64,000 nucleotides of DNA from Gammaproteobacteria bacterium (GCA_018819205.1 JAHJQE010000036.1:1587-65586); one strand, 5' to 3'; counted from the stretch's first letter, positions 1-13,744 are shown. A program made the numbers and translations. Notes: generated by a model not told the origin, from the sequence alone.

Positions 1-536
1 TTTTCTGCCGCAGCAAACTCCAGTAATGGCTTGACTGGATAGGCGAACATATTGGCGATCAACACCGCCGGGAACTGTTCGATGCCGACATTGTAGATGT
101 TAACCGATTCGTTATACAGCTCGCGACGGTCGGCGATGGTGTTCTCCAGTCCGCTGATGCGCTTTTGCAGCTGCATGAAATGTTCGTTGCTCTTCAGCTC
201 CGGGTAGGCCTCAGCCACGGCGAAGATGTTGCCCAAGCCCATGCGCAGCATGCCTTCGGCCTTGCCCAGCGCGGCGATGTCCTGCCCCTCGCGTGCGCTT
301 TGCACCATGGAACGCGCTTCGATCACGCGTTGCAATGTCGTTTGCTCGAACTGTTTGTATTGTTTGCACACCTCGACCAGCTTGGGTAATTCATCGTGGC
401 GCTGCTTGAGCGCGACGTCGATGTTGGCCCAGGCTTTGCTGACCGCATGCTTGAGATTGACCAAGTGGTTGTACAGACTGATGCCGTAGATCAGTGCGAC
501 AAGGGTGATGCCGAGCAAGAGCAGGGTAGAGGTCAT
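1..536 (-). CDS. lemA: LemA family protein (3' end runs off window)
   Basis: Hand translation from ATG 536: MTSTLLLLGITLVALIYGISLYNHLVNLKHAVSKAWANIDVALKQRHDELPKLV...AVAEAYPELKSNEHFMQLQKRISGLENTIADRRELYN; LemA motifs; SD GGAG upstream. Confidence 0.9.
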   Translation of the reverse strand, partial: MTSTLLLLGITLVALIYGISLYNHLVNLKHAVSKAWANIDVALKQRHDELPKLVEVCKQYKQFEQTTLQRVIEARSMVQSAREGQDIAALGKAEGMLRMGLGNIFAVAEAYPELKSNEHFMQLQKRISGLENTIADRRELYNESVNIYNVGIEQFPAVLIANMFAYPVKPLLEFAAAE

Positions 537-601
537 GTGCGACTCCTGAGTCTGAAAGTTTCGCGGCGCATCATAAAACAATCTGCCACGGGATGGGTAC
601 T

Positions 602-1042
602 TTAGAGCTTCAGGCGTCTGGTGGTCAGCACTGCACCGGGATCGTCGCGCCAGAGCGCGGGATCGGCATCCACATACAGTTCGATCTCGATGCCGTCCGG
701 GTCCTGCAGGTACAGCGACTGGCTGACACCGTGGTCGCTCATGCCGAAGATGCTGACATTGTGTGCTTCAAGGTGTGCCTTGCACGCGCGCAACTCTTCC
801 AGGCTATCCCCCACCTTGAATGCCACGTGATACAGACCGACACTGCCTGGGTCGGCTTCGGGTGCATGCGCGCCGATCTGCATCAGAGCCAGGTCGTGAT
901 GGTTGTCTCCCAGAGTGAAGAACGCCATCACTCCTTGGTAGCGTGCGACCTCTTTCATCCCCAGTACATCGCGGTAGAAGGCGATGGAGTGCTCAAGGTC
1001 GCGGACCTTGAGCACGACATGTCCGAGCGATCTGACTCGCAT
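602..1042 (-). CDS. VOC/glyoxalase family protein (catechol 2,3-dioxygenase-like)
   Basis: LGHVVLKVRDLE, GLYHVAF, SLYLQDPDGIEIELY motifs. Confidence 0.85.
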   Translation of the reverse strand: MRVRSLGHVVLKVRDLEHSIAFYRDVLGMKEVARYQGVMAFFTLGDNHHDLALMQIGAHAPEADPGSVGLYHVAFKVGDSLEELRACKAHLEAHNVSIFGMSDHGVSQSLYLQDPDGIEIELYVDADPALWRDDPGAVLTTRRLKL

Positions 1043-1076
1043 GTGTTACTCCTTTACCGACTGGCGGCGATGGTCA

Positions 1077-2204
1077 TTATTGACCGAAGAAGTCTTTCAC
1101 CTTGCCCATCCATGATTTTGCACGCGGGTTATGGCGCGCGGAATCGGACTGGCTGATCTCTTCGAACTCGCGCAGCAGTTCCTTCTGACGATCGGTCAGG
1201 TTGGACGGAGTCTCCACGATCACGTGGCAGTGCAGGTCGCCATGCTGATGAGTGCGCATGCCCTTGATGCCCTTGCCGCGCAGACGGAACTGCTTGCCGC
1301 TCTGAGTCTCGGCCGGGATCTTGATGCGCGCAGCGCCGTCCAGTGTGGGTATCTCGATCTCGCCGCCCAGTGCCGCCGTGGCGAAGCTGATCGGCATCTC
1401 GCAATGCAGGTCGTCGCCGTTGCGCTCGAACACGCTGTGCGGCTTGATGTGGATCTCCACATACAGATCGCCGTGCGGCGCGCCGTGCGAGCCGGCTTCG
1501 CCGTGGCCGCTGTGGCGCAGACGCATGCCGGTGTCGATGCCGGCAGGGATCTTGATCTCCAGCGTTTTCTGTTTCTTCACGCGGCCGCTGCCGTGGCAGT
1601 CCTTGCACGGTGAGCTGATCTGTTTGCCGCTGCCGTGGCAGCGCGGGCAGGTCTGCTGCACCGAGAAGAAGCCCTGTTGCATGCGTACCTGGCCGTGGCC
1701 GGCGCAGGTCTGGCAGGTTGTGGCTGAAGTGCCCGGTTTGGCACCGGAGCCTTCACAGGTCTCGCATTCTTCCATGACAGGGATGCGGATCTGTTTCTCC
1801 GCTCCACGCGCGGCTTCTTCCAGCGTGATCTCCAGGTTGTAGCGCAGGTCGGCACCGCGATGTGCCTGCGTACGTCCACCGCGGCCGCCGCCGAAAATGT
1901 CACCGAAGATGTCGCCGAAATCGAAACCGCCCGCACCAGCTCCCCCTCCGAACGGGTTGCCGCTACCCATGCCACCCGCTTCGAATGCGGCGTGACCGTA
2001 TTGGTCATAGGCTGCACGTTTTTGCCCGTCTGACAGTGTCTCGTAGGCTTCCTTGGCTTCCTTGAAGTGTTCCTCCGCCTTCGGGTTGTCCGGATTGCGG
2101 TCGGGGTGATGCTTCATCGCCAACTTGCGATAAGCCTTCTTGATCTCTTCCTCTGACGCGTCGCGGTTGACGCCGAGGACTTCGTAATAGTCGCGCTTGC
2201 TCAT
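1077..2204 (-). CDS. dnaJ: Chaperone DnaJ
   Basis: J domain with HPD, G/F-rich region, four CxxCxGxG repeats. Confidence 0.99.
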   Translation of the reverse strand: MSKRDYYEVLGVNRDASEEEIKKAYRKLAMKHHPDRNPDNPKAEEHFKEAKEAYETLSDGQKRAAYDQYGHAAFEAGGMGSGNPFGGGAGAGGFDFGDIFGDIFGGGRGGRTQAHRGADLRYNLEITLEEAARGAEKQIRIPVMEECETCEGSGAKPGTSATTCQTCAGHGQVRMQQGFFSVQQTCPRCHGSGKQISSPCKDCHGSGRVKKQKTLEIKIPAGIDTGMRLRHSGHGEAGSHGAPHGDLYVEIHIKPHSVFERNGDDLHCEMPISFATAALGGEIEIPTLDGAARIKIPAETQSGKQFRLRGKGIKGMRTHQHGDLHCHVIVETPSNLTDRQKELLREFEEISQSDSARHNPRAKSWMGKVKDFFGQ

Positions 2205-2221
2205 GTTTTTTCCATGTGACA

Positions 2222-2241
2222 GTGGGGCGCATGCGCCCCAC
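2222..2241. repeat. Perfect 20-bp palindrome GTGGGGCGCATGCGCCCCAC, REP-like, between dnaK and dnaJ
   Basis: Self-complementary in sequence; stem extendable by flanking ACA/CTGT. Confidence 0.6.
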
Positions 2242-2268
2242 CTGTTCCAGCATCAAGAATGGTGAGAC

Positions 2269-4191
<1,923 letters not shown>

Positions 4192-4250
4192 GATGCTTTC
4201 CTTTCAGTTGAATGCTTGAATTGGTTGGATTCTGTTGCCTCGCAGCCTGA

Positions 4251-4277
4251 TATCAGGGCGGCGGCGGATATTTCAAG
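4251..4277 (-). promoter_or_regulatory. Putative sigma32 promoter of dnaK
   Basis: CTTGAA-N13-CCCTGATA on minus strand; -10 imperfect. Confidence 0.6.
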
Positions 4278-4281
4278 AGTC

Positions 4282-4830
4282 TTATGCTTTTCCTTTGGAT
4301 ACCATCACCAGCGCCGGACGCAGCACGCGCTCGTTCAGGGTGTAGCCCTTTTGCATCACGCTGATCACGGTGTTGGCTTCCTGGTCGCTGTCGATCATGC
4401 CGATGGCCTGGTGCTTGTTCGGGTCCATTTTCTCGCCGACCGGATTGATCTCGACGATGTTGAATTTCTCAAACACGCTGGAAAGTTGCTTCAGGGTCAG
4501 CTCCATGCCGCTCTTGAAGCTCTCCACGTTTTCGGTCTCGACGGCCAGTCCGGCCTGCAGGCTGTCCATCACGGCCAGCATCTCGTTGGAGAAGCGCTCC
4601 ACGGCGAATTTCTGTGCCTTGCTCACATCCTCGGCAGCGCGGCGACGGATGTTCTCCCCTTCGGCCTTGGCATACATCCAGGCGTCATAGTGTTCCTGCG
4701 CCTTGCGTTCTGCTGTCTGCAGCATCTCTTCCATGCTGGGCGTGGTTTCAGCGGTCTGTTCGGTTGTGGTCTCGTTCGATGTCTCGATTTCGTTCTGTTC
4801 GAGCTGAGGCTTGTTCTGGTTCTGTTCCAT
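4282..4830 (-). CDS. grpE: Nucleotide exchange factor GrpE
   Basis: [33 protein letters not shown]; start re-set to MEQNQ at 4830. Confidence 0.97.
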   Translation of the reverse strand: MEQNQNKPQLEQNEIETSNETTTEQTAETTPSMEEMLQTAERKAQEHYDAWMYAKAEGENIRRRAAEDVSKAQKFAVERFSNEMLAVMDSLQAGLAVETENVESFKSGMELTLKQLSSVFEKFNIVEINPVGEKMDPNKHQAIGMIDSDQEANTVISVMQKGYTLNERVLRPALVMVSKGKA

Positions 4831-4859
4831 GTGCTTCTCCTGGTTGCGACTTCCGCTTG

Positions 4860-4885
4860 ATGGGGGCGTGATTTTCGATTTCAAG
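4860..4885 (-). promoter_or_regulatory. Sigma32 (RpoH) promoter of grpE
   Basis: CTTGAA-N14-CCCCAT, consensus match. Confidence 0.85.
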
Positions 4886-4942
4886 GGGCGATCAGAAATA
4901 TTTTTCGGTGCGATAATGCGCGCCGTTCAGCAAAGTCCAGAC

Positions 4943-6109
4943 ATGACCACCCGCAATTACCACTGGCGTATCGCCGGTTTTTACTTCTTCTATTTCGCTT
5001 TCGTGGGGATGTTCTCCCCCTACTGGAGCCTGTACCTGCAATCCCTGCATTTCGATGCCATCGATATCGCCATCCTGATGTCGTTGCAGCCTGTGATGCG
5101 TATGGTCGCTCCCGGTCTGTGGGGTTGGCTGGCCGACCATACCGGCAAACGCCGGGAAGTGGTGGTGGCAGCAGCCAGCCTGAGTGCGCTGTTCTATCTG
5201 GGGGTGTTCTTCACCGAGAGTTTCTGGGGGTTGTTCGTCGTGCTGCTGATGATGAGCTTCTTCTGGAGTGCCTCGATGCCGCTGGTGGAGGCGACCACCA
5301 TGAGTTGGCTGGGCAAAAACAGTGCGCATTACGGGCGTTTGCGCTCCTGGGGGTCTATCGGTTTCATCGTTGCCGTGGTCGGATTGGGCTATGCCTTCGA
5401 CTACATTGCCATCTATTGGCTGTTATGGGCAGGGCTAGTGTGCGAGGTCGGCATCCTGATCTTTGCGCGCGAGATCCCCCGAACCGAGGTGCTGGCGCAC
5501 CATACCGACTACCAGCCCATTCGCCAGATCGTGATGCAGCCAAAAGTGCTGGCGCTGTTCGGGGCCTGCTTCCTGATGGCGGTGGCGCACGGGCCTTATT
5601 ACACCTTCTTCTCTATCTATCTGGTCGAGCACGGTTATGCCAAGAGCGCGGTCGGCGGATTGTGGGCGTTGGGCGTGATCTGCGAGATCGGGGTGTTTTT
5701 CCTGATGCCGTCGCTGGTGCGGCGTTTCGGCTTCGTGCGTATCCTGCTCATTAGCTTTGGTGCTGCGGTGCTCCGTTTCCTGCTCATCGGCTGGATGGTG
5801 GACGAGGTTGTCCTGCTGCTGTGCGCGCAAGTGCTGCACGCATTCTCCTTCGGCTCGTTCCATGCGGCTTCGGTGGGGCTGGTGCATGAATACTTCCAGG
5901 GGCGTCACCAATCCAGAGGGCAGGCCTTGTTCGGCAGTGTGACCTATGGTGCCGGAGGCGTGCTGGGCGGATTGGCGAGCGGGCCGATCTGGCAGCATTG
6001 GGGGGCGTCGCTGCTATATACAGGTAGCGCCCTGATGGCGTTCGCTGGATTGATCCTGCTGCTGTGGAAGGCGCGTCGCATGGCGGAAAAGTCTGACGCT
6101 GTGGCATAA
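4943..6109 (+). CDS. MFS transporter (HcaT/LacY-like)
   Basis: About 12 hydrophobic segments, [12 protein letters not shown] motif; start MTTRNY chosen. Confidence 0.85.
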   Translation: MTTRNYHWRIAGFYFFYFAFVGMFSPYWSLYLQSLHFDAIDIAILMSLQPVMRMVAPGLWGWLADHTGKRREVVVAAASLSALFYLGVFFTESFWGLFVVLLMMSFFWSASMPLVEATTMSWLGKNSAHYGRLRSWGSIGFIVAVVGLGYAFDYIAIYWLLWAGLVCEVGILIFAREIPRTEVLAHHTDYQPIRQIVMQPKVLALFGACFLMAVAHGPYYTFFSIYLVEHGYAKSAVGGLWALGVICEIGVFFLMPSLVRRFGFVRILLISFGAAVLRFLLIGWMVDEVVLLLCAQVLHAFSFGSFHAASVGLVHEYFQGRHQSRGQALFGSVTYGAGGVLGGLASGPIWQHWGASLLYTGSALMAFAGLILLLWKARRMAEKSDAVA

Positions 6110-6129
6110 TCCGGCGCTCTTATGGAAGC

Positions 6130-7539
6130 ATGCAAATGAGCGCAAAGACCTTATACGACAAACTCTGGGATTCTCACGTGGTGCGGCAGGATGCCGACGG
6201 CACCGCGTTGATCTATATCGACCGTCAGTTGGTGCACGAAGTCACCAGCCCGCAGGCATTCGAAGGCCTGAAACTGGCACATCGCAAGCCGTGGCGCACC
6301 GCCTCCATGCTGGCGGTGCCGGACCACAACGTGCCGACTACCAATCGTGCGGCCGGTATCGCCGATCCAATCTCGCGCTTGCAAGTGGAGACTCTGGATG
6401 CCAACTGTGCTGAATTTGGCATCGTTGAATTCAAGATGGGTGACATCCGCCAGGGTGTGGTGCACGTGATGGGCCCCGAGCAGGGTGCGACCTTGCCCGG
6501 CATGACCGTGGTGTGCGGTGATTCGCATACCAGTACCCATGGCGCGTTCGCCGCTTTGGCACACGGTATCGGCACTTCCGAGGTCGAGCATGTGATGGCC
6601 ACGCAGTGTCTGGTAGCGAAGAAATCCAAAGCCATGCTGGTCAAAGTGGAAGGCAAACTGGGCCGTGGTGTGACAGCCAAGGACATCGCGCTGGCTGTGA
6701 TCGGCAAGATCGGTACGGCAGGCGGAACGGGCTATGCCATCGAATTTGCGGGATCGGCCATTCGCGGCCTGAGCATGGAAGGTCGCATGACCCTGTGCAA
6801 TATGGCGATCGAGGCGGGTGCGCGCGCAGGCATGGTGGCGGCTGACGATACGACTATCTCCTATGTGAAGGGCCGTCCGTTCGCGCCGCAAGGCGAGAAT
6901 TGGGACAAGGCTGTCGCGTACTGGAAGACATTGCACTCGGACGAAGGTGCGAAGTTCGATGCCACAGTGGAGCTGGATGCAGCGCAGATCAGGCCGCAAG
7001 TGACCTGGGGCACTTCGCCGGAGATGGTGACAGACATCAACGGACGTGTGCCGGATCCTGCTTCAGCGCCGGATGCGGTCAAGCGTGCGGACTGGGAACG
7101 TGCCTTGCAGTACATGGGCTTGCAGGCGAATACACCGATCACTGAGATTAAGGTGGACAAGGTGTTTATCGGCTCCTGTACCAATGCCCGTATCGAAGAT
7201 ATGCGCGAAGCGGCCGCTGTGGCCAAAGGCAAACAGGTCGCGGCCAATGTGAAGCTGGCGATGGTGGTGCCGGGTTCCGGGCTGGTGAAGGCGCAGGCCG
7301 AAAAAGAAGGTCTGGACAAAGTGTTCATCGAGGCGGGCTTCGAATGGCGCGATCCTGGTTGTTCGATGTGTCTGGCCATGAACGATGACCGTTTGGAGCC
7401 GGGCGAGCGCTGTGCTTCGACTTCGAACCGTAACTTCGAAGGGCGCCAGGGGCAGGGCAGCCGTACGCATCTGGTGAGTCCCGCCATGGCTGCAGCGGCT
7501 GCTATCGCAGGACACTTTGTCGATATCAGCAAGGAATGA
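6130..7539 (+). CDS. leuC: 3-isopropylmalate dehydratase large subunit
   Basis: [33 protein letters not shown]. Confidence 0.99.
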   Translation: MQMSAKTLYDKLWDSHVVRQDADGTALIYIDRQLVHEVTSPQAFEGLKLAHRKPWRTASMLAVPDHNVPTTNRAAGIADPISRLQVETLDANCAEFGIVEFKMGDIRQGVVHVMGPEQGATLPGMTVVCGDSHTSTHGAFAALAHGIGTSEVEHVMATQCLVAKKSKAMLVKVEGKLGRGVTAKDIALAVIGKIGTAGGTGYAIEFAGSAIRGLSMEGRMTLCNMAIEAGARAGMVAADDTTISYVKGRPFAPQGENWDKAVAYWKTLHSDEGAKFDATVELDAAQIRPQVTWGTSPEMVTDINGRVPDPASAPDAVKRADWERALQYMGLQANTPITEIKVDKVFIGSCTNARIEDMREAAAVAKGKQVAANVKLAMVVPGSGLVKAQAEKEGLDKVFIEAGFEWRDPGCSMCLAMNDDRLEPGERCASTSNRNFEGRQGQGSRTHLVSPAMAAAAAIAGHFVDISKE

Positions 7540-7542
7540 GCG

Positions 7543-7776
7543 ATGAATAGGATCGGGATGTTGCTTGCGATGTTGCTGTTTGCACTGTCAGTTCAGGCGA
7601 ACGAGAAATCAACGACAGAGAAGGTCGGCGAGGACGTTAAGCACGGTGCCAAAAAACTTGGCGAAGGCATCAAAGAAGGCGGCGACGCAGCAGTCAATGG
7701 TTTGAAGGAAGGTGGCAGCTGGCTGGGCGAAAAGCTCAAGGCTGGCGGTGAGTATTTGAAGAAAGCGAGCAAGTGA
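7543..7776 (+). CDS. Small secreted hypothetical protein, amphipathic G/K/E-rich
   Basis: Signal-peptide-like N-terminus; SD before ATG; stop overlaps leuD start (TGATG). Confidence 0.7.
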   Translation: MNRIGMLLAMLLFALSVQANEKSTTEKVGEDVKHGAKKLGEGIKEGGDAAVNGLKEGGSWLGEKLKAGGEYLKKASK

Positions 7777-8414
7777 TGCGCAAGTTTGAGACCCTGAATG
7801 GCTTGGTAGTACCGTTGGATCGTGCCAATGTGGATACGGATGCCATTATTCCCAAGCAGTTCTTGAAGTCGATTAAACGCTCTGGATTCGGCCCCAATGC
7901 GTTCGACGAATGGCGCTATCTGGATCACGGTGAGCCAGGGATGGATAACAGCAAGCGTCCGCTCAATCCGGATTTCGTGCTTAACCAGTCGCGCTATAAA
8001 GGTGCGCAAGTGTTGTTGGCGCGCGAGAACTTCGGGTGTGGTTCATCGCGCGAACACGCGCCTTGGGCATTGGAAGACTACGGTTTCCACGTCATCATCG
8101 CGCCCAGTTTCGCCGACATCTTCTTCAACAACTGTTTCAAGAACGGCCTGCTGCCGATCAAGCTGGATGCCTCCATCGTGGACGATCTGTTTAAGGCGGT
8201 TGCAAGCAGCGAAGGCTATAAATTGAAGGTCGATCTGGAACATCAGCTCATCGTTACGCCTGATGGCAAAGAGATCGCTTTTGAGGTGGATGCCTTCCGC
8301 AAACATTGTCTGTTGAACGGGCTGGATGACATCGGGCTGACCTTGCAGCACGTTGAGGAAATCAAGACGTTCGAAGCCAAGCATCGTGCGGCGCAACCCT
8401 GGTTGTACGCCTGA
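7776..8414 (+). CDS. leuD: 3-isopropylmalate dehydratase small subunit
   Basis: [24 protein letters not shown]. Confidence 0.99.
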   Translation: MRKFETLNGLVVPLDRANVDTDAIIPKQFLKSIKRSGFGPNAFDEWRYLDHGEPGMDNSKRPLNPDFVLNQSRYKGAQVLLARENFGCGSSREHAPWALEDYGFHVIIAPSFADIFFNNCFKNGLLPIKLDASIVDDLFKAVASSEGYKLKVDLEHQLIVTPDGKEIAFEVDAFRKHCLLNGLDDIGLTLQHVEEIKTFEAKHRAAQPWLYA

Positions 8415-8444
8415 AAAATTATAAATTCTGATTGGATAGAGAGC

Positions 8445-9500
8445 ATGAAGATCGCAGTATTGCCGGGTGACGGTATCGGTCCCGAGATCGTGGCGCAAGC
8501 CGTGAAGGTTTTGAAAGCGCTGAATATCGGCCTGGGAATGGAAGAGGCGCCTATCGGCGGAGCCGGATATGAGGCAGCGGGTGATCCTCTGCCAGACGCG
8601 ACACTGGCGCTGGCTAAAGCTGCCGACGCTGTGTTGCTGGGTGCTGTAGGTGACTGGAAGTATGACAAGCTGGAGCGTCATCTGCGTCCGGAACGTGGAT
8701 TGCTGCGTATCCGCAAGGAGCTGAACCTGTTCGCCAATCTGCGTCCGGCTGTTCTGTACCCGGAACTGGCTTCTGCATCGACATTGAAGCCGGAAGTGGT
8801 GTCCGGTCTGGATATCATGATCGTGCGTGAACTGACCGGTGACATCTATTTCGGGCAGCCGCGCGGTATCTCTACACTGGAGAACGGCGAGCGCGAAGGC
8901 ATCAACACCATGCGCTACAACGAATCCGAGATCAAGCGCATCGGCCGTGTGGCATTCGAAATCGCCATGAAGCGCAACCGGAAAGTGTGCTCCGTGGATA
9001 AAGCCAACGTGCTGGAAACGACTGAGCTATGGCGTCAGGTGATGATCGAGCTGTCCAAGGAATACCCGCAAGTCGAGTTGAGCCATATGTATGTGGACAA
9101 TGCAGCGATGCAGCTCATACGCGCGCCGAAACAATTCGATGTGATGGTCACCGGCAACATCTTTGGCGACATCCTGTCTGACGAAGCGTCGATGCTGACC
9201 GGTTCCATCGGTATGCTACCGTCCGCTTCACTGGATGCGAACAACAAGGGTATGTATGAGCCCAGCCATGGTTCCGCACCGGACATCGCGGGCAAGGACG
9301 TCGCCAATCCGCTGGCGACCATCCTGTCCGCCGCAATGATGCTGCGCTACACCTTCAATGATGAGGCTAATGCGGTACGTATCGAAGATGCTGTGAAGAA
9401 GGCCCTGGCTCAGGGGTATCGCACGGCGGACATCTGGACCGAAGGAACGAACAAGGTAGGTTGTGCGGCCATGGGCGACGCAGTGGTTGCGGCGCTTTAA
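8445..9500 (+). CDS. leuB: 3-isopropylmalate dehydrogenase
   Basis: [33 protein letters not shown]. Confidence 0.99.
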   Translation: MKIAVLPGDGIGPEIVAQAVKVLKALNIGLGMEEAPIGGAGYEAAGDPLPDATLALAKAADAVLLGAVGDWKYDKLERHLRPERGLLRIRKELNLFANLRPAVLYPELASASTLKPEVVSGLDIMIVRELTGDIYFGQPRGISTLENGEREGINTMRYNESEIKRIGRVAFEIAMKRNRKVCSVDKANVLETTELWRQVMIELSKEYPQVELSHMYVDNAAMQLIRAPKQFDVMVTGNIFGDILSDEASMLTGSIGMLPSASLDANNKGMYEPSHGSAPDIAGKDVANPLATILSAAMMLRYTFNDEANAVRIEDAVKKALAQGYRTADIWTEGTNKVGCAAMGDAVVAAL

Positions 9501-9520
9501 TTCTGAATTAAGGAATAATC

Positions 9521-10621
9521 ATGAAAGTCGGTTTGATCGGTTGGCGCGGGATGGTGGGTTCGGTACTCATGCAGCGCATGCGTGAGGAGAAGGACTTCGA
9601 TCTGGTCGATGCGGTGTTCTTCACGACCTCAAACGTGGGTGGGGAGGCGCCGGCGGAAGGCAAGGGCGTGCCACTTAAAGATGCGATGGACATCGCTGAA
9701 CTGAAGGCGATGGATACCATCATCTCTTGCCAGGGGGGGGATTACACCACCGAGATCTTCCCAAAATTGCGCGCTGCCGGATGGCAGGGTTACTGGATCG
9801 ATGCGGCTTCTACCCTACGCATGGAAGAGGATGCAGTGATCATCCTTGATCCGGTCAATCGCAACGTTATTGATGCGGCGCTGGAAAAGGGCGTCAAGAA
9901 TTTCATCGGTGGTAACTGTACCAACAGCATCCTGCTGATGGGCTTGGGCGGACTGTTCCATGCGGGCTTGGTGGAATGGGTATCATCAATGACCTACCAG
10001 GCCGCATCCGGTGCGGGCGCGCAGAACATGCGCGAATTGCTGAGTCAGATGGGCGTGGCGCACGCTTCGGTCGCCAACATGTTGGCCGATCCCAAGTCTC
10101 CCATTCTGGAGATTGATCGTGTGCTGACCGAAACCATGCGTTCCGGCGCCATGCCAGTCGAGCATTTCGGGGTGCCTCTGGCTGGCAGCCTGATTCCATG
10201 GATCGACAAGCAGCTCGACAATGGCCAATCCAAAGAGGAGTGGAAGGGCTGTGCCGAAGTGAACAAGATCCTAGGGACGACACTGCGCATCCCGGTGGAT
10301 GGACTTTGTGTGCGCATCGGTGCGATGCGCTGCCATAGTCTGGCGTTGACGTTCAAGCTGAAGAAGGATGTGCCTTTGGGCGAGATCGAGGCATTGATCA
10401 AGGATGGCAATCCCTGGGTCAAGTTCGTCCCCAACCAGCGCGAGATCTCGACGCACGAACTGACGCCTACGGCTGTTACGGGTAAGCTGGATATCGCAGT
10501 GGGCCGCGTGCGCAAGATGGAACTGGGCCCCGAGTATGTGAGTGCATTTGTTTGCGGCGATCAGTTGCTTTGGGGAGCCGCCGAGCCGCTGCGTCGCATG
10601 CTGCGGATCCTGTTGGGCTAG
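9521..10621 (+). CDS. asd: Aspartate-semialdehyde dehydrogenase
   Basis: [24 protein letters not shown]. Confidence 0.99.
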   Translation: MKVGLIGWRGMVGSVLMQRMREEKDFDLVDAVFFTTSNVGGEAPAEGKGVPLKDAMDIAELKAMDTIISCQGGDYTTEIFPKLRAAGWQGYWIDAASTLRMEEDAVIILDPVNRNVIDAALEKGVKNFIGGNCTNSILLMGLGGLFHAGLVEWVSSMTYQAASGAGAQNMRELLSQMGVAHASVANMLADPKSPILEIDRVLTETMRSGAMPVEHFGVPLAGSLIPWIDKQLDNGQSKEEWKGCAEVNKILGTTLRIPVDGLCVRIGAMRCHSLALTFKLKKDVPLGEIEALIKDGNPWVKFVPNQREISTHELTPTAVTGKLDIAVGRVRKMELGPEYVSAFVCGDQLLWGAAEPLRRMLRILLG

Positions 10622-10741
10622 GGTCAAAAATCCGGTTGATTACCGCCGGTTAGTGGCTGAATCTAGAGGGCGGGTGAGCTTGCATCACTAACCCTCTGAT
10701 GTTAGTCTGAATATCGTCAGGGAAAGAATGAGGGTGGCAGT

Positions 10742-13678
10742 GTGCTGAAAAAGATTCTAAAAACGACGGGTTATATTGCCTGCTTACTGGCATCCAGTAT
10801 CGCGAGTGCGACTGGGCTGGGAGGTATGGCAGTCAGTTCCAATCTTGGCCAACCGCTAAAAGCAGAGATTGAACTGGTCGCCGTCGACAAGGCAGACAGA
10901 AACAGTATCGTCGCCAGGCTTGCCTCAGTTGAAGCATTCAAGGCCGCCGGCATCGACTATCCCTACGCACTGCCCAAACTAAAGTTCGAAATCACCAATC
11001 GTGATAGTGGGCAACCACGCGTGTATATCACATCCATCCAGCCTATAAATGAGCCTTTCGTCACGCTGCTGGTCGAAGTTGCCTGGCCTTCCGGCAGGCT
11101 CATGCGTGAATATACATTCCTGCTTGATCCCGTCGGCTTCAATATCGAACCGCAAGCTGAAACGGTTAGACCGGTTGCGCCAGTCGTTTCCACACCTCCA
11201 GCCCTGAGCGAGCCGCTGCCGATGCCCCAGCCGACAGCTGCAGCTGCGCTTGCTGAGACTTCACCAATCGAGACAGCGCCCGAGAAAACGAATGAAATGG
11301 ATGCAGCCGAAGCCGCTGCAGCTGAAGCTGCTGCTTATGCAGCAGTTGAGACGGAAGCAAAGCCTGCAGCTGAGCCGACCAATGAGGTAGTACCTGAATC
11401 ATTGCCTGAAGCAGTTGCATCAGTACCTTCGGCGCCGGTAAAGGAAGCGCCTCCCGTACTCGTGGAAGATGCTTTGAGCAAGGAAGAAGCTATTCCCGAG
11501 GCTGAAACAACCGAAATCAAAGTGGTGCGCGGTGATTCACTGAGCAAGATCGCGCTAAAAATCAAGCCGGCTGATGTCAGCCTGGAGCGCATGCTGCTAG
11601 CCATGTATCGCGCCAATAGCGATGCCTTCATGGGTAAGAACATGAACCGTCTGCAAGCTGGCAAGATCATTCGCGTGCCAGATGCCACCGAGATCGAGGC
11701 AGTGCAGCAAACAGAGGCAGTGAAGGTCTACCGTGCTCAAGTAGAGGATTGGAACGCATATCGTCAGCAGTTGGCAGCAGTCCGTGCTGAGGCACGTGAA
11801 AAAACAGCTCAACAGGCTGCCTCCGGCAAAGTGACTGCAGCTGTGACCGAGAAGACTGCAGGCAAGGAAGCACCGACTGAAGTGCTGAAACTTTCCAAGG
11901 GTGAATCACCTGGAGATAGCGTGGCAGGTGGCTCGGCCAGCAGCAAGGAAGAAGAGTCGGTCGCTAAATCCAAAGCTTTGAAGGAGGCTCAAAGCCGCAC
12001 AGCGATGCTGGAGAAGAACGTCAAGGATCTGCAGCGCTTGGCCGAGCTTAAGAAAGAGCAGACCGAGGCGGCTCAAAAGGCCACACCTGCCCCCGCCAAG
12101 AAGGTGCCGACTGCTTCGATGGGAGCCAGTGCGCCTGTCGCTGCCCAGCCAGTTGCCAAGCCAGCTGTACCTGCACCGGTTGAAGTGCCGGCACAAGCTG
12201 AAGTTTCCTTTATCGATTCGCTGCTGGAAGATCCAGTATTGCTGGGTGGTGGAGCAGCAGGATTGCTCGCCCTGTTGGGGGCTGCCCTCTGGTTCTCGCG
12301 TCGTGGCGGCAAGGCGGTACCACAGAACGCTGTAACGGCTTCTTCTGGTCTCGAAGACATCGGCAGCTCAACTGGTCGTATTGCAGAGCCTGTGATGTCG
12401 TCGCCGGATACAGGTGACTTTACCAAGCAAGCTAAAGAAGCACCCGCTGAGCAACCTTCCGACGAAGTCGATCCGATTGCAGAGGCTGACCTGTTCCTTA
12501 CTTTTGGGCGCGATGTACAAGCCGAAGAAGTTTTGAAAGAAGCACTGAATTCCAAGCCCGGTGATGTGCCGATCATCCTCAAGCTGCTGTCGATCTATTC
12601 GACACGCAAGGATACGAACGCATTCATGAACTATGCGCGCCAGATCAAGGACAGCGGCGATGATTCTGCCTGGCAGCAAGTGGCTGCGATGGGTCACGAG
12701 CTTGAGCCGAGCAATCCCTTCTATGGTGGTGAAGGCGAGGCAAGTGAAGCTGCAGCGCTTCAAGCCGAAGAAACAGCAGAACCTGCGGTCGACTTCGATC
12801 TTGGTTTCGGCAGCTCAGCACCTGAGAGTGCAGAACCGAACGCATTTGAAACTTTGATGACGAGCACCTTCGCGACTGAGAAGAGCGAGGAAGCTGCCCC
12901 AGCTGAAGATTTCCTGGGTACTGTGTTGATGCAACCGCGGGCCTCATCCAGCGAGAGTACGACCATACTGACAGCTGAAGAGATGCAGGCAGCAAGCGAA
13001 GCTCCGATGGATTTCGATATCACGGGTACCCATCCGGGCAGCTTGTCCGCAGGTGAGACCGCGACAGAAGGAAGAAAAGCTGAAACAGCCAGTTCTGATG
13101 ACCTGATATTCGATGTCACCTCCACTCATCCCGGTATTCCCAGCCTAATGGCCGCTCCAGCAGGATCGGCTGTGCAAACAGAAGCGTCAGACGACCTTAT
13201 GTTCGACGTTACAGCCACTCATCCCGGCCTTGCTGCAGCGGTTGAATCTGCACCCGCCGCACAACCAGCGGTAGCGGAGGGGCTGGATGATCTGATGTTC
13301 GATATTTCTTCTGCGTTGCCCGAACAGTCCGCAGCTATGTCCGCTGCTGAAGCGCCTGTTGCCGATGAAGGGTTATCATTTGCATTGGACATCCCAGAAG
13401 TCAGCAAGTCAGATGACGAGAAGCCTTCGAAGCCTATGGATATCGGCTTGGGAGACATCAGCCTGAATCTGGATACAATGGGTAGCAACGCAGGTTCCGG
13501 TTCGGCGAGTGAGTTGAAGGACGAGCGCTGGCAGGAAGTCGCTACCAAACTCGATCTTGCTAAGGCATACCAAGAGATGGGCGATGGTGCGGGTGCCAAA
13601 GAAATACTTGAGGAAGTGATGCGTGACGGCGATGATCAGCAACGTGCCAGTGCGCAAGTCATTCTCGATCAACTCTAA
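10742..13678 (+). CDS. fimV: FimV/HubP polar landmark protein
   Basis: N-terminal LGQPLKAEI, LysM-like VVRGDSLSKIA, TM helix, acidic region, C-terminal ATKLDLAKAYQEMGD; conserved asd-fimV-truA context. Confidence 0.93.
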   Translation: MLKKILKTTGYIACLLASSIASATGLGGMAVSSNLGQPLKAEIELVAVDKADRNSIVARLASVEAFKAAGIDYPYALPKLKFEITNRDSGQPRVYITSIQPINEPFVTLLVEVAWPSGRLMREYTFLLDPVGFNIEPQAETVRPVAPVVSTPPALSEPLPMPQPTAAAALAETSPIETAPEKTNEMDAAEAAAAEAAAYAAVETEAKPAAEPTNEVVPESLPEAVASVPSAPVKEAPPVLVEDALSKEEAIPEAETTEIKVVRGDSLSKIALKIKPADVSLERMLLAMYRANSDAFMGKNMNRLQAGKIIRVPDATEIEAVQQTEAVKVYRAQVEDWNAYRQQLAAVRAEAREKTAQQAASGKVTAAVTEKTAGKEAPTEVLKLSKGESPGDSVAGGSASSKEEESVAKSKALKEAQSRTAMLEKNVKDLQRLAELKKEQTEAAQKATPAPAKKVPTASMGASAPVAAQPVAKPAVPAPVEVPAQAEVSFIDSLLEDPVLLGGGAAGLLALLGAALWFSRRGGKAVPQNAVTASSGLEDIGSSTGRIAEPVMSSPDTGDFTKQAKEAPAEQPSDEVDPIAEADLFLTFGRDVQAEEVLKEALNSKPGDVPIILKLLSIYSTRKDTNAFMNYARQIKDSGDDSAWQQVAAMGHELEPSNPFYGGEGEASEAAALQAEETAEPAVDFDLGFGSSAPESAEPNAFETLMTSTFATEKSEEAAPAEDFLGTVLMQPRASSSESTTILTAEEMQAASEAPMDFDITGTHPGSLSAGETATEGRKAETASSDDLIFDVTSTHPGIPSLMAAPAGSAVQTEASDDLMFDVTATHPGLAAAVESAPAAQPAVAEGLDDLMFDISSALPEQSAAMSAAEAPVADEGLSFALDIPEVSKSDDEKPSKPMDIGLGDISLNLDTMGSNAGSGSASELKDERWQEVATKLDLAKAYQEMGDGAGAKEILEEVMRDGDDQQRASAQVILDQL

Positions 13679-13696
13679 GCATTTTGCATGAATACG

Positions 13697-13722
13697 ACGG
13701 CAGCCGTATGGCTGCCGTTTTT
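13697..13722 (+). terminator. Intrinsic terminator after fimV
   Basis: ACGGCAGCC-GTAT-GGCTGCCGT followed by T run. Confidence 0.75.
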
Positions 13723-13744
13723 ATTTGAAGGAATGGATAGGTTG

